This document shows, piece after piece, positions 36,972 through 47,311 of a stretch of DNA of 64,000 nucleotides. A program made the translations under genes and the position numbers. Source of the stretch: a virus. The notes under the pieces were generated by a model. That model made no database searches. It was not told the DNA's origin and saw nothing but the letters and a program-made list of their open reading frames with translations. Position 1 is the first letter of the stretch, and each line of letters starts with the position of its first letter. The stretch is taken from IMG/VR virus record IMGVR_UViG_3300005253_000262, positions 1 through 64,000 of that record; one strand, 5' to 3'.

Positions 36972-38519
36972 CTACCAGGTTAGCCCAGCTCGAGGTGTGT
37001 CCTTCGACATAGAATGTCCAGGATTCCCCCGAATTGGGATTACGTTGCTTTCAGTCTCCCGACCCCATGTTAGCGACCCTTTGAGTCCGAAGACAAGTTT
37101 GTTGTACCCAAGTGCACATGCTATAATCTGGTCGTCGAATTCCGCATCCGCATCGAATCCATCCAATTCCTCCTCGAAGTCATCGTTCCAGTCAGCTTCG
37201 ACCTCAAACACGTCGCCAGCCTCTATTGCTGCTAGGAATGGGCTTGCACGCACCTCCATTGGGCCTGTAGCTTTCTCGCCCTCGAAGTCGTATGCCTTTA
37301 GAAGGTCCTTGTAGTCCTCGATCACTGTCTTGCCAGAAGATCCGGGCTCCTGCTCCATCCATATCTGGACTCCATGCCCATCGCCTGTAGCTGTACCATA
37401 CACCAGCAGCTTAACCTTACCTGAGGACTTCTGGACATGTTTCATGTCGCGGAGATAAATCTTGCCAGTCTCTTTGTGCCTGGATATCTTGGGGCCCGCA
37501 GTGAAGTCCCCGCCGTCCTCTGTTGCTGCTAGATCCCATGCACGGATAGTCTTAAGATCGGCGTTACTGGGTACCTCACTCTCGGGAATCTTCTTGAGGT
37601 ACTCGGAAAGATCCAGTCCAGCCATGGATGCCCGCGGATTCTGCTGGAACATAGCATCCCACCAGTATGTACCCAGCGTTTTCTTGATCTGCAGCAACCT
37701 TTCACGTGAATAACGCTCTGGCCAGAGAGCTTCGCCCTCTGCACGCCCTAGAGGGTCATTAATCTCAGCCAATGCAGGGAAATTAATCAACCTCCAGTTC
37801 TCATGAGCAAGCTCTGTCATACACATCCCGATGAGATCCTTCTGATTCCACCGGGTTGCGATGATAATTAGACTAGCATCGGGCTCAAGGCGCGTATATG
37901 CGGTACTCTTGAACCACTCCCACGTTTTCTTGCGCTTCGTCACTGACAGGCTGTCTTCATCGTTCTTGATGTAGTCGTCGATGAGCATCAGGTCAGCACC
38001 ACGGCCTACGAGTGGCCCACCAATGCCAGCCGCAGTAAGACCACCGCCTTGTGGAGTCAGCCACCTATCTACTCGTTTCTTGTCGGCGCGGATCCTGGTG
38101 TGCAGTAGATGGTGTAAGTCCTCGTTCTGGAACGTGTCACGGACCTTGAGTGAGAAGTCAGTTGCGAGCTCAGCACCGTACGTGATGGTCATGACGAACT
38201 TACTAGGCCACTTCTCAAGGAACCAGATAGGTGTGTTGACGCTTAGGAACTCACTTTTTCCATGCCGAGCAGGAAATGTGAAGATGAGACGCGCGTTACC
38301 TTTAGCTACCTCAGTAGCAACGATCGTGCTGATGTAAAGGAGATGACGCGCAGCTATCCACCGCCCTTGAGTGATCTTGACTGCCATTGTTGCGGGAGTG
38401 AGACGCCATCCCTCTTTTAGGGCAGTTTGGAGCTTCAGCTGATCACTATGGCTCAGTGCACTCAGATTAAGTGCCTCATGCTCATGTTCTGACGCGCTTC
38501 TGTCAATGTCCAACGTCAT
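36972..38519 (-). CDS. terL: terminase large subunit
   Basis: Walker A PARHGKS, GRGADLMLIDD, TRW...D, YQQ-like FQQNP, AWDLA, EQEPGSSGK and DDQI nuclease motifs. Confidence 0.95.
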   Translation of the reverse strand: MTLDIDRSASEHEHEALNLSALSHSDQLKLQTALKEGWRLTPATMAVKITQGRWIAARHLLYISTIVATEVAKGNARLIFTFPARHGKSEFLSVNTPIWFLEKWPSKFVMTITYGAELATDFSLKVRDTFQNEDLHHLLHTRIRADKKRVDRWLTPQGGGLTAAGIGGPLVGRGADLMLIDDYIKNDEDSLSVTKRKKTWEWFKSTAYTRLEPDASLIIIATRWNQKDLIGMCMTELAHENWRLINFPALAEINDPLGRAEGEALWPERYSRERLLQIKKTLGTYWWDAMFQQNPRASMAGLDLSEYLKKIPESEVPSNADLKTIRAWDLAATEDGGDFTAGPKISRHKETGKIYLRDMKHVQKSSGKVKLLVYGTATGDGHGVQIWMEQEPGSSGKTVIEDYKDLLKAYDFEGEKATGPMEVRASPFLAAIEAGDVFEVEADWNDDFEEELDGFDADAEFDDQIIACALGYNKLVFGLKGSLTWGRETESNVIPIRGNPGHSMSKDTPRAGLTW

Positions 38520-38836
38520 GCGTTAGTAACCTCACCATTCTTAATCCACCCATGCCAGCTACAGTCGTCTGGATCTACCGGAACGTGTCGAATCGACGGA
38601 CTCAGGGTCAGAGTCTCGAAATCAGTGCCAGTACGCTCCCAGGCTGGGTTCTCACTCTTCAGAGGCCCTTGACCGTCCTCAGGATTCGCAAATGGTACAT
38701 ATCGACGATCTCCACAGCCACAAGGACAATCATATCCAAGACCAACACGTTTACGTTCCGATACCGGTTTACCCCCATGGGTTATGCCCCCACCACCGTG
38801 TCTTACCCATTGAGGGTTCAGATCTATAAGCCTCAT
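38516..38836 (-). CDS. small Cys/His protein (CPCGCG...TLSPSI...CxWHG)
   Basis: Motif set typical of DUF6527-like proteins. Confidence 0.6.
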   Translation of the reverse strand: MRLIDLNPQWVRHGGGGITHGGKPVSERKRVGLGYDCPCGCGDRRYVPFANPEDGQGPLKSENPAWERTGTDFETLTLSPSIRHVPVDPDDCSWHGWIKNGEVTNA

Positions 38837-38863
38837 TTCTGGATCCTCAGGACGGCTTCCTTG

Positions 38864-39517
38864 TTAGGGTGAATCTGCGGAGATACTGATATTCACTTCC
38901 TTGGACGCTTCTTCACCGGCTTGCGTTTCTTCGGTAGAGTCTTCGGCATCTTGTTTCGCTCCTTTAGCTAGATTGTCCGCAGCGGGGATTGCTCGGAGGT
39001 TTGTCATCGCCCAACATTCCCTAAATGCTACCCAGTCTACACGTCCCGATAGTGCGTTCCCCTCGAGGATGACCTGGAAGCTGCTGAGAGGCACTTTGTG
39101 ATCGATGTGGTAGCCCTCGTTCAGTGCATCCCGCAGTGACCGCTTCGGACCCTCACGATCCTTGAGATCCTTGCGGAGGTACTTGACGAGGTGGCGAATC
39201 TTGTAGCCGAGGTACTTTTCGAGGTTCTTTACGAATTCGTCAGGAGCAGCTTCACCTAACTGCGTAAGACACCGTGTACCTGTGTGATGGCGGACTCTGT
39301 ACGCGACATTCTTCTTACGCGCAGACGTATTGGCTTGGCCTTTGCATTGGTAGCAGATAACCTGATACCCATCAGCGTTATCGTCATGCGGGCCAAATGC
39401 TTTCTTCCATTCGCGGCCGTTCTCGTCTGTGTGAGCCTCTTTTGCCTTCCACTGGCGGCATTTGATGCACTTCTTGTATATCGCCCTGTCGTAGTTTATA
39501 ACTATGGGTCCAGCCAT
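38864..39517 (-). CDS. HNH endonuclease with N-terminal zinc finger
   Basis: CIKC...CYQC; HIDHKVP...NL...N..KG. Confidence 0.8.
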   Translation of the reverse strand: MAGPIVINYDRAIYKKCIKCRQWKAKEAHTDENGREWKKAFGPHDDNADGYQVICYQCKGQANTSARKKNVAYRVRHHTGTRCLTQLGEAAPDEFVKNLEKYLGYKIRHLVKYLRKDLKDREGPKRSLRDALNEGYHIDHKVPLSSFQVILEGNALSGRVDWVAFRECWAMTNLRAIPAADNLAKGAKQDAEDSTEETQAGEEASKEVNISISADSP

Positions 39518-39521
39518 GTTA

Positions 39522-40574
39522 TCACCTCTTCCTGATAATCAGTCTTTGCAGAATCTCAACAGCCACCGGATCCTCAAGGGCCCTATCAAGGAGTTCGCCT
39601 TCTTCATCGACGACGGTGCCTTCGGACGAGGCTCGGTTGGACTGTGCAATAGTGCGGAAGGTGAGTTCCAGTGATTCTCCACTTCGATCCTCGCTACCAG
39701 CAGCCGCAGGACCAGCAGCTGGGAGCCCTGCTGAGATACGCTCCAGCGAGGTTGTCTGCTTCAGAAGGTCGATTGCCACTTTCGGCGTCATCAACTCCCA
39801 GAACTCCTCGTCACCGTTTATGTACTGCATTATCTTGTGACGTATACGCTTGGCATCGATGTAATGTTCATCCTGCGTCTCGATTGCGCGGATTTCCTGA
39901 CGACGCCTATGTTGTGCAACACGAAATAGATCATATGCACGTGCCCGTAGTCCCCAGTAGTATACATGGTAGGCACGTTTATAGTGTTCGATGATGGAGA
40001 GTAACTCAATATCGTTCGCAGCTGGGTGAAGCATAGCCACGAGAGAGGAGATACTACGTGTACCGGCAGCAGCCTTGCCAGGGTCTCCCTCGTCTTCTGG
40101 ATCCTCAGGATCCCCCGAGACGCCAGCACGTCCGCACGCCATCTGAAGGTACGTCTCAAATGCACGGAAGATATCACTGGGTTCACTGTCCAGCTGATAC
40201 CAGAAAGCTTGGCCATTCTCGAATGCGGGGAACCCCTCATCATACTGCAGTGGTACGAACGCATTAGGGAGACTCGCAGCGAGGAAGCCCGCAACTCGGT
40301 ATTCCACAGGAAGCGAAGGGTCGCCCCGAGCCTCATCCTCGGGGGAGAGAGATGACGGAGATTCACTTGGCTCGGGGGACCCCACTTCGCTTGGGCGTGG
40401 TAGTGCGTGTCCGTTGGTGTGTGTAGGCTTGTAATTGTGGAAAGGCAACAGGTCGACGCGGTAGATACCGGTGGGGAGACCGAAATCGTTCAACGGCAGC
40501 TCTCCGGCTAGCGCTTTGATCGCCTGAACCTGGAGGACCTCCGCCTCCGCACCTACATTTACTTCGATGTCCAT
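39522..40574 (-). CDS. putative terminase small subunit
   Basis: W.Q...E....F.AF..Y...RS...W..RA.AYD pattern seen in phage TerS-like HTH proteins; first gene of the late arm. Confidence 0.55.
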   Translation of the reverse strand: MDIEVNVGAEAEVLQVQAIKALAGELPLNDFGLPTGIYRVDLLPFHNYKPTHTNGHALPRPSEVGSPEPSESPSSLSPEDEARGDPSLPVEYRVAGFLAASLPNAFVPLQYDEGFPAFENGQAFWYQLDSEPSDIFRAFETYLQMACGRAGVSGDPEDPEDEGDPGKAAAGTRSISSLVAMLHPAANDIELLSIIEHYKRAYHVYYWGLRARAYDLFRVAQHRRRQEIRAIETQDEHYIDAKRIRHKIMQYINGDEEFWELMTPKVAIDLLKQTTSLERISAGLPAAGPAAAGSEDRSGESLELTFRTIAQSNRASSEGTVVDEEGELLDRALEDPVAVEILQRLIIRKR

Positions 40575-40580
40575 ACATCT

Positions 40581-40610
40581 ATTATATAACACTATTTGTC
40601 GGCATGTCAA
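40581..40610 (-). promoter_or_regulatory. consensus sigma70 promoter at head of late arm
   Basis: TTGACA-N18-TATAAT, 6 nt before ATG 40574. Confidence 0.8.
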
Positions 40611-40624
40611 GTATTAGGCAACTA

Positions 40625-40718
40625 CACCCTGTGCCTCAAGGTTCTAGGCTACGGATAAAAATATTTTTAAGGACATACCTGGGCCTCAAGGTTCTAGTCC
40701 GGAATAAAGAATATTTTT
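40625..40718. repeat. two imperfect ~45-bp direct repeats, 50-bp period
   Basis: gcctcaaggttctag...taaa..aatattttt at 40633 and 40683. Confidence 0.8.
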
Positions 40719-40786
40719 GAGTTCCTGATGTCACATAACTACATGATTTCATTACGTAAACTAAAATTATGAGTGAGTGTGAAACG

Positions 40787-40845
40787 TTGACATTCATTTC
40801 ATAATGAACGATGATTATGAATGTTAAGTAATAGTACTTAACATT
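40787..40845 (+). promoter_or_regulatory. TTGACA box plus palindromic operator-like site
   Basis: TTGACA at 40787; perfect inverted repeat aatgttaagta-atag-tacttaacatt at 40820-40845. Confidence 0.6.
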
Positions 40846-40861
40846 TAATGAGGTTTAGACT

Positions 40862-41059
40862 ATGTCTCAAACTAAAAAACTTACCAAGTCTCAGAAGTTC
40901 AACGTAGACTCATTCTCAACGAAGTCAGCAAAGATTCGTTACCTAACTAATCTTGATTGGACTCGATCTGAGATTTCGAAATATCTGAACATTCTTTACC
41001 AACACGTTCGGAATGTTCAGATCACACCAGTGAAGAATCCGACTGAACAAAAGAAGTAA
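40862..41059 (+). CDS. small HTH-like DNA-binding protein (YQHVRNV family, copy 1)
   Basis: TKSAKIRYL...TRSEISKYLNILYQHVRNV; gaggt SD; own terminator. Confidence 0.75.
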   Translation: MSQTKKLTKSQKFNVDSFSTKSAKIRYLTNLDWTRSEISKYLNILYQHVRNVQITPVKNPTEQKK

Positions 41060-41068
41060 AGTAAGACT

Positions 41069-41102
41069 GAGACTCACTCTAAGTTAGAGTGAGTCTCTTT
41101 TT
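41069..41102 (+). terminator. intrinsic terminator
   Basis: gagactcactcta-agt-tagagtgagtctc followed by TTTTT. Confidence 0.9.
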
Positions 41103-41142
41103 GTGTTTATGATTCGAGTAGTCCTAGGGGCGGACCGGTCGA

Positions 41143-41167
41143 CTACTACAACCCTCCCAAGTGTCAA
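41143..41167 (-). repeat. TTGACA-N13-TAGTAG motif (copy 1 of 6)
   Basis: Other copies at 41321, 45221, 45253, 45647 and 48940. Confidence 0.8.
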
Positions 41168-41214
41168 ATTTGAAACCTACTAGTCTCTCCACATAGGACA
41201 TGTCGAGTGTGAGT

Positions 41215-41238
41215 GTGGAGGTGGAGGTGGAGGTGGAG
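41215..41238 (+). repeat. (GTGGAG)4 tandem repeat in a C-poor tract
   Basis: gtggaggtggaggtggaggtggag. Confidence 0.9.
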
Positions 41239-41866
41239 TGAGATGTGACATGTAGGGTGGAGTGAGGTGATGACTAGTTAGGTGATGTGAAGTTAACTAG
41301 GCCTATGGTCGACCCGTCTACTGCTACTAACACCCCAAGTGTCAAATTCAACCGCCCGGACTAGTAGGTCCACACGTAACTATCGACCACCCGCGCTAGC
41401 GGTAGACCCCCTCCCGGCCCTGTCTACTAGTACGCCTGAGGAAAAGTTTTGGACATTTAGGCACTGGGCACCGTCAAAAACGTACAGGTCCATGAACATC
41501 GAACGTGGATCGAGACTTAGCATAGCAGTCCTCAAATAGGAAACTAATTAAACTAATTGATACCAGTTCCAGGTCTTCTCGTTACAAATCAACGAGTTAA
41601 GTAGTTTATTAAATTAATTAGTTTTTGCTTATTCTACATATACTACTGTTTAATATGTATATATTATTCCTACTACTTATACGGTCATTATTCCTTTATA
41701 TACATTTCTATCTTGACTCTTCTAAACAAAAGAAATCGTAATTAAGTTAATAAGGCCAACTAATCGTCGTGTCCGGTCGCCGTCCTGAGGGGTCTGATCA
41801 AGAAACATGTCTCTACGGCGGGTCCTACGAGTTGACTCAAAACCCATCGATTAAATGCATAGGCGT

Positions 41867-41927
41867 AATTAATATAAAATGACTCTTGATACTAATCCCT
41901 CTGGTTCTATATAATATATACTATGAA
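41867..41927 (+). promoter_or_regulatory. strong early promoter, duplicated unit copy 1
   Basis: AT-rich UP element aattaatataaaatgactc plus TTGATA-N18-TATAAT. Confidence 0.8.
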
Positions 41928-41991
41928 AGAATATCTTTAACCAGCCAACAGGAGAACGATCATCAACAGGTTACATAATCGCACAGCAGAC

Positions 41992-42249
41992 ATGCAAGCC
42001 TCGTCAATACGGGTAACACCGGAAGCACGGGCAGCTTTGGATAGGCTACCAGCATACGTAATGGTAAGCCGTTTCCTTCAACACTTCGACCTCATCCCAT
42101 GCGACCTTGGAAACGTCGCAATCATGGTCTCCGAGTCTACGCGTCCTCAGAATAGGATGCACACTCGCTCGATCCGCATTATCAACCTAGTCAACGCGTA
42201 CATCGAACAGCTCGAAGTTGTCGAAGCGTACGACATCGCTAACCTATAG
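41992..42249 (+). CDS. hypothetical early protein
   Basis: Lies between a promoter and a terminator. Confidence 0.55.
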   Translation: MQASSIRVTPEARAALDRLPAYVMVSRFLQHFDLIPCDLGNVAIMVSESTRPQNRMHTRSIRIINLVNAYIEQLEVVEAYDIANL

Positions 42250-42268
42250 CTAGGTACACAGTCGAATG

Positions 42269-42300
42269 AAAGCCCATTCTTCGGATCGGGCTTTTATTTT
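42269..42300 (+). terminator. intrinsic terminator
   Basis: aaagccc...ttcg...gggctttt followed by a T tract. Confidence 0.75.
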
Positions 42301-42335
42301 GCGTGTCGTCGGGTCCCTATGGAGGGCCCTGTCAC

Positions 42336-42396
42336 AATTAATATAAAATGACTCTTGATACCGGCCCCCTAGGTTCTATATAATATATATTATGAA
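42336..42396 (+). promoter_or_regulatory. strong early promoter, duplicated unit copy 2
   Basis: Near-identical to 41867-41927; TTGATA-N18-TATAAT. Confidence 0.8.
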
Positions 42397-42614
42397 CAAA
42401 TATTATATATATATACCAAGCGGTACAACTAGGAGAACTGTAATGAGCAGTAATGATAAATGTTGGAAACGTCGACCGCACGATTGGAACGAACATGATG
42501 AGACCAGGACACATCTGATCAAGAAGTGTTCGGTCTGTAAAGGTCTGCGATGGGTCGCACGTCGAACCATCGTGGTCACGTTAACAGCTCGACAAAGCAA
42601 CTAGGAGAACAGAT

Positions 42615-45149
42615 ATGAAGTTTGACGATGAAACAGGTACGCTAACGATCAACGAGTTTGAACTACACGACATGGTCGCAGACATGAACGTGAACATTAA
42701 CCCAGGCCGAAAGGACGCCGAAGCGACCGGATCGCTACTTGAACGTATCAAGATCATTCCTAAGGAACCAAACGACTTTACGCCCGGCTTGGTAAACAAG
42801 TACGAGGTCCTATTGAACAATCTGATCCTTATGACCATGATGATCGATAGTGACATTCATGACGACGCGGAATATACCTGTAGCTAACTAGCGGGTCAAC
42901 TAGGAGAATATGATGAATGAACCAACAGTCTACCTGCAGGGACCTGACGGGGAAGAGTTTACATTGAAAGTTACATCGCCGGATCCTGACGATGGAACAT
43001 TCTGTGCGCATCTTCCAAAGAGCGAGGTCGCACTGGCCGAGGAATGGTGGATCAGGATCGTACCAAACGAGAGCGGGCGCTAGCGCGGGCCCATCGGTAG
43101 AATAGGAGAACAGATATGACAACGCAACGTACATTTTATTGCCCATGCTGTGGTCAACCAGCAGACGCTATCCAGGTAGACGTACAACATGGCGACGTAG
43201 GAGATGAAGACGTGACATGGAAACGTGTTCATCTGGAATGTTTAGGTAAATGTCCAGTTCTTTGGTCATGTGTCGACATTCCTAACGAATGTTTGAACGA
43301 CAAGACCCCAACAATTCCACTAGATGTAAGAGTCGACACGGTAGATAACCGGGATAGTCGTACAACATGGCTCTGGGTCAACGGCGACAAGGACTACGTT
43401 GAGATCGATCCCGTCGACCTGATCGAGAACATGATCGAAAACTGTGTCCACGTCATAACGGACACGGGGCTTTGTCATACCGAGAACCAGGTGACCGCAG
43501 ACGAGTTACAGACCGCTTTATCAATCCTACAGCGCGTCTAGTCGCTGTGGGCGACCCGAGGAGGAGTCAACATGGCATATTATAATGTAGTCGTAACGAT
43601 CGTGGCCGACGATGAAGAAGAGGCTGAAGGAGTAGTCGAACGAGGCATCGATAAACAAGGCTATGCGGTCTTGGATATAGTGGCAAGTCGTATTAAGGAC
43701 GATGACTTGATTAAAGAACTGGACGCCCAGGATGTAGCGTTCTAACCGGGAGGAACAACTATGAAATACGTACATATAGACAGTAATGGGTCAATGAAGA
43801 TTCGTGACCACCAACTACCAGACTGGAAATACGGATGGGTCTATAAGGTACCAGACGACTTCCAGTTCGAACTAGGCTCGGCCAATGCAGAGAACCGTTT
43901 GTACTTTTGCGAACTACTCGAGAATGATCCTCGGGCGGAGCTAATATTCGACGGCGAGGTAGAAAGAACAACCACGAACTACAGTGATATAAAAGGACCC
44001 AACACGTTGGCCGAGTTCTTAATGAAGGACTTGAGTACCGAAACGTTGTTCAAGATCTACCAGGACAAGAACAAAAACGACTTGGGCGAGTTGGACGCTA
44101 TGACTAATGACCCAGCGGAGCTGTTAAGAGAACACATCAGCTACCTGTTCTATACGGCCAGTTACAATCTGGTCATGAACATCCACTACAAATTAGGGCT
44201 CTTGGACGAGGAGACTGTTGAACAGATCATCAACGAGTAGGAGGAACAACCATGAATAAGACTATCACAGAGATATACAACGAGTTAAGTACTGACGAGG
44301 AGGTCGGAGACAGGGTGAATAATCTCGTAAGTGAGATCGTTACTCGAATCGTCAGCGTTCCTGAGATTCGTCAAGCGGTCCTGTTGGCGGCCCTGAGAGT
44401 CGACGCGTATATCAAAGAGGACAATCCAGACACAATAGGCGACGTCCCGTTCTATATGGTCTGGAACCATATCATGTCCGAGAAGGACACATTGGATTAG
44501 GAGGAGGAACGAACATGAGTAACGATCAACCATACTTCAATCTAGTGATCTGTACCATCGATGGCACTGTTGAAATTACAATCGAACCGATCGCCTTACA
44601 TGACGAGGACGGAGGAGACTCGTACATGATAAGAGTGACCAATGAGGAACAGACAATCGTTCAAGAAATGGTCGTCAATGCGGACAAGATTAATTTCGGT
44701 TAACCGGGAGGAGTAGTAATGGATTTTGATAAGTACTATGACGAAGACGCGACAGATTGCGATGTTATACGTGAAGTGTACAAAGGTCTTCGACCTGAAG
44801 TCAAGGATCGTGCCCATAGGGATATTCGACATGCACTCTATCGAGAGGTCATGTCGAAACGGGCACAAATGGCCCAGCTACTAGGCTGGTACGGACAGAC
44901 AATGTAAGAGGAACAATCATGACAATTAGAAGATGCATAGTCCTTGACTGGACTACAGATGAACAGATTGAAGCGATAGGTAGACTCTTAGACAAGGAAT
45001 GTAAAAAGATCTATCCACTCTTCAGTGCCGACCAAGACAAAGGGTTCGACAATCCCGAACATGTACCTGACAAGGAGTTAGAACTCTTAGGTAATGGTCT
45101 TACGAATTTATGTTGTGACCTGGGAGTCGACGGATACGAGATGTCATAA
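42615..45149 (+). other. cluster of small acidic early ORFs (42615, 43116, 43761, 44252, 44515, 44719, 44919 and others)
   Basis: Tightly packed, co-oriented, each behind an aggagaac/gaggaaca SD; no recognisable motifs. Confidence 0.7.
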
Positions 45150-45878
45150 GAACATGGACAACAGAATTACAACTGGGCGCTACAACTATGCACATGAACG
45201 GTGCTAAAGGCGGCCCCGGAATGCTACAAACCGCGCAAGTGTCAAAAATGAAACACTACAACCCTACCAAGTGTCAAAAAAGGAGAACGATCATGAACGA
45301 AGAGGAATTTGCAAAGTATCTACATGGTCTTATCGAGCAGTACATCGAGGACCTTTGTCTACTTGATGGAGAGACGGTCGTACTCTGCGTAAGGGGCGAA
45401 GAGACTATGCTAGATGGTCTCGATAGTGGGTGGTACTCTGCTCCTAAGTAGTGAGCGTGCAAACATGAACATTCCAGACAACTTAATGGAACGTATGGTA
45501 CAGATGTACCGAATGTCTGTTTGGGACCACTGTGGACGTATGTACATGCCTATCTATGATTACGATGGACAGATCTGTGCATACGCTCGGGCCGAAGAGG
45601 CGCTAGAGATCTGGTGTGATGATCTGGCGCTTCGGACGGCCCTAGAACACTAAGGATCGCGCAAGTGTCAAAATTCATAAACGAACGAGTGCCCTTCAGA
45701 ATATTTCATATGGAGTGTTGTGGTCACATGCTCTGTTGGGTCAACCCAAGATTCCCTACACACTGTCCAGAATGTGGTCAAACAGTATACCCCACGATCA
45801 AGTCCTGGGTAACATTATCCGATCCTAATGCTCACCTACGATTCAAAAACGGACCCTAAAGTGACTACGAAATGACAC

Positions 45879-45908
45879 TTGCTATGACACTAGATGGTTC
45901 GCTATAAT
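45879..45908 (+). promoter_or_regulatory. sigma70-like promoter
   Basis: aaatgacacTTGCTA-N18-TATAAT with ggttc, similar to the 41886/42355 promoters. Confidence 0.7.
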
Positions 45909-46482
45909 ATATCATACTGAATAGATATCTACAAGAGGACAAAGCATGAGACTATCGGATAAGGAAATCTTCGCACTAGGCAACTGCTATACAGCATTTG
46001 GATATGGCGACATAGATGGAGCAGTGCATTGTATTCTGCCTAGTGTCGATTCTGACACCGACGTATGGTCAAATGGCGTATTTCAATTGCTCGCGGACAG
46101 ATTTCTCAATCTATCTGACGACCTAAGCGTGGATAATTCAGATATACAAGACATTGCCGAAACGTACAGATTAGTAATCGAGCAGTGGCTTAAGGAGATG
46201 GACATTGATCTTGGACTAAACGAATTGGAGTACTAAACGAAGAGGACAAAGCATGAAAACGATCAGCAAAGCACTAATGACGATGACACGCCAGACGAAA
46301 GGCGCTGTCGTATACGACAATGTCAAACCGAACAACGGTGGTCAAGCAATTACCACCTTGTACCTTCGAAAGGATGGGCTCACAGAGCCGTATCCTGGCA
46401 GTATCGAAGTCACAGTCGCTGTGGACGACCCCGACGAGGGCTAGAAGCAGCATAATCCATGGGCCTATAAGGAGGCACAATC

Positions 46483-46752
46483 ATGGGCAAGCAAGCAACA
46501 GCGCAGAAGCAAGACCCTGCGGCAACGCAGAGCACGAAAGAGTCAACCGACAAGACTGTCGAGTTGTCAAAGGCACAGCAAGCGGCAGTCGCGAAGCTGG
46601 ATACGGTCAGCGCCAGGATCCGATATCTGGACGCGGAAGGCTACAGCCGTTCGGACATCACGAAAGCGATCCCGAACGCCAAGGGCAACAAGCTCTTGTA
46701 TCAGCACGTCCGTAACGTGTTGATAACCCCAGTCGGCAAAGCGTCAAGCTGA
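46483..46752 (+). CDS. small HTH-like DNA-binding protein (YQHVRNV family, copy 2)
   Basis: TVSARIRYL...SRSDI...LYQHVRNVLITPV; aggagg SD. Confidence 0.75.
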   Translation: MGKQATAQKQDPAATQSTKESTDKTVELSKAQQAAVAKLDTVSARIRYLDAEGYSRSDITKAIPNAKGNKLLYQHVRNVLITPVGKASS

Positions 46753-46762
46753 GCCAACGGTT

Positions 46763-46806
46763 GGAACCCATTCGGACTCGGGTGAGGCGGGTGGGTTCCT
46801 TCTTTT
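46763..46806 (+). terminator. intrinsic terminator
   Basis: ggaaccca...tgggttcc followed by ttctttt. Confidence 0.7.
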
Positions 46807-46826
46807 AACCAGTAACGGAGAAGAAC

Positions 46827-47075
46827 ATGCAAATCAAACGTACCTTTGCGGTCGTACCATTATCAAAGGCGAGTGGGCACGGCGTGGTCCGCGACGTCGA
46901 GCTATTTGGTACAGAGGAGCGTGCCATAGCACATGCCAGACGCTCTCTGGGCCTTGACACAACGCGCACTGGATTTGTCGTCTACCAAGCGACAACACTC
47001 GTTCAGTGGGCGACACAGCCAATCGACGTGTGCACGATTGGCGACGACGGGGAGATACTACCATGCGGCGACTGA
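46827..47075 (+). CDS. hypothetical protein (tandem paralog A)
   Basis: Aligns by eye with 47063-47311. Confidence 0.65.
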   Translation: MQIKRTFAVVPLSKASGHGVVRDVELFGTEERAIAHARRSLGLDTTRTGFVVYQATTLVQWATQPIDVCTIGDDGEILPCGD

Positions 47076-47311
47076 GACTGATGTACAAGATCCACGGCCT
47101 TAATACGGCTCGGGGCATGGCCCGTAGCGCGGGCAACGACACCTTCTACGAAACAGAAGAGCAGGCGCTAACGGCGGCCCGGAGCTATGTATCACTACCG
47201 AGTTGCCATGATGCAATGGTCATCTACAAAGCACATGTACTTGTGCGGCGTTCCCACCCACCAGTCGAGGTCCTTTCGATCTCACACGACGGAGAGACTA
47301 TCCCGTTGTGA
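47063..47311 (+). CDS. hypothetical protein (tandem paralog B)
   Basis: Aligns by eye with 46827-47075; gggag SD before ATG 47063. Confidence 0.65.
   Translation: MRRLRLMYKIHGLNTARGMARSAGNDTFYETEEQALTAARSYVSLPSCHDAMVIYKAHVLVRRSHPPVEVLSISHDGETIPL

Noticed and set aside
41339-41539. 66-aa ORF starting at a GTG inside an N13 motif
   Set aside because: No SD and no protein-like features; probably incidental, although 45665 also starts within a motif copy and may be real
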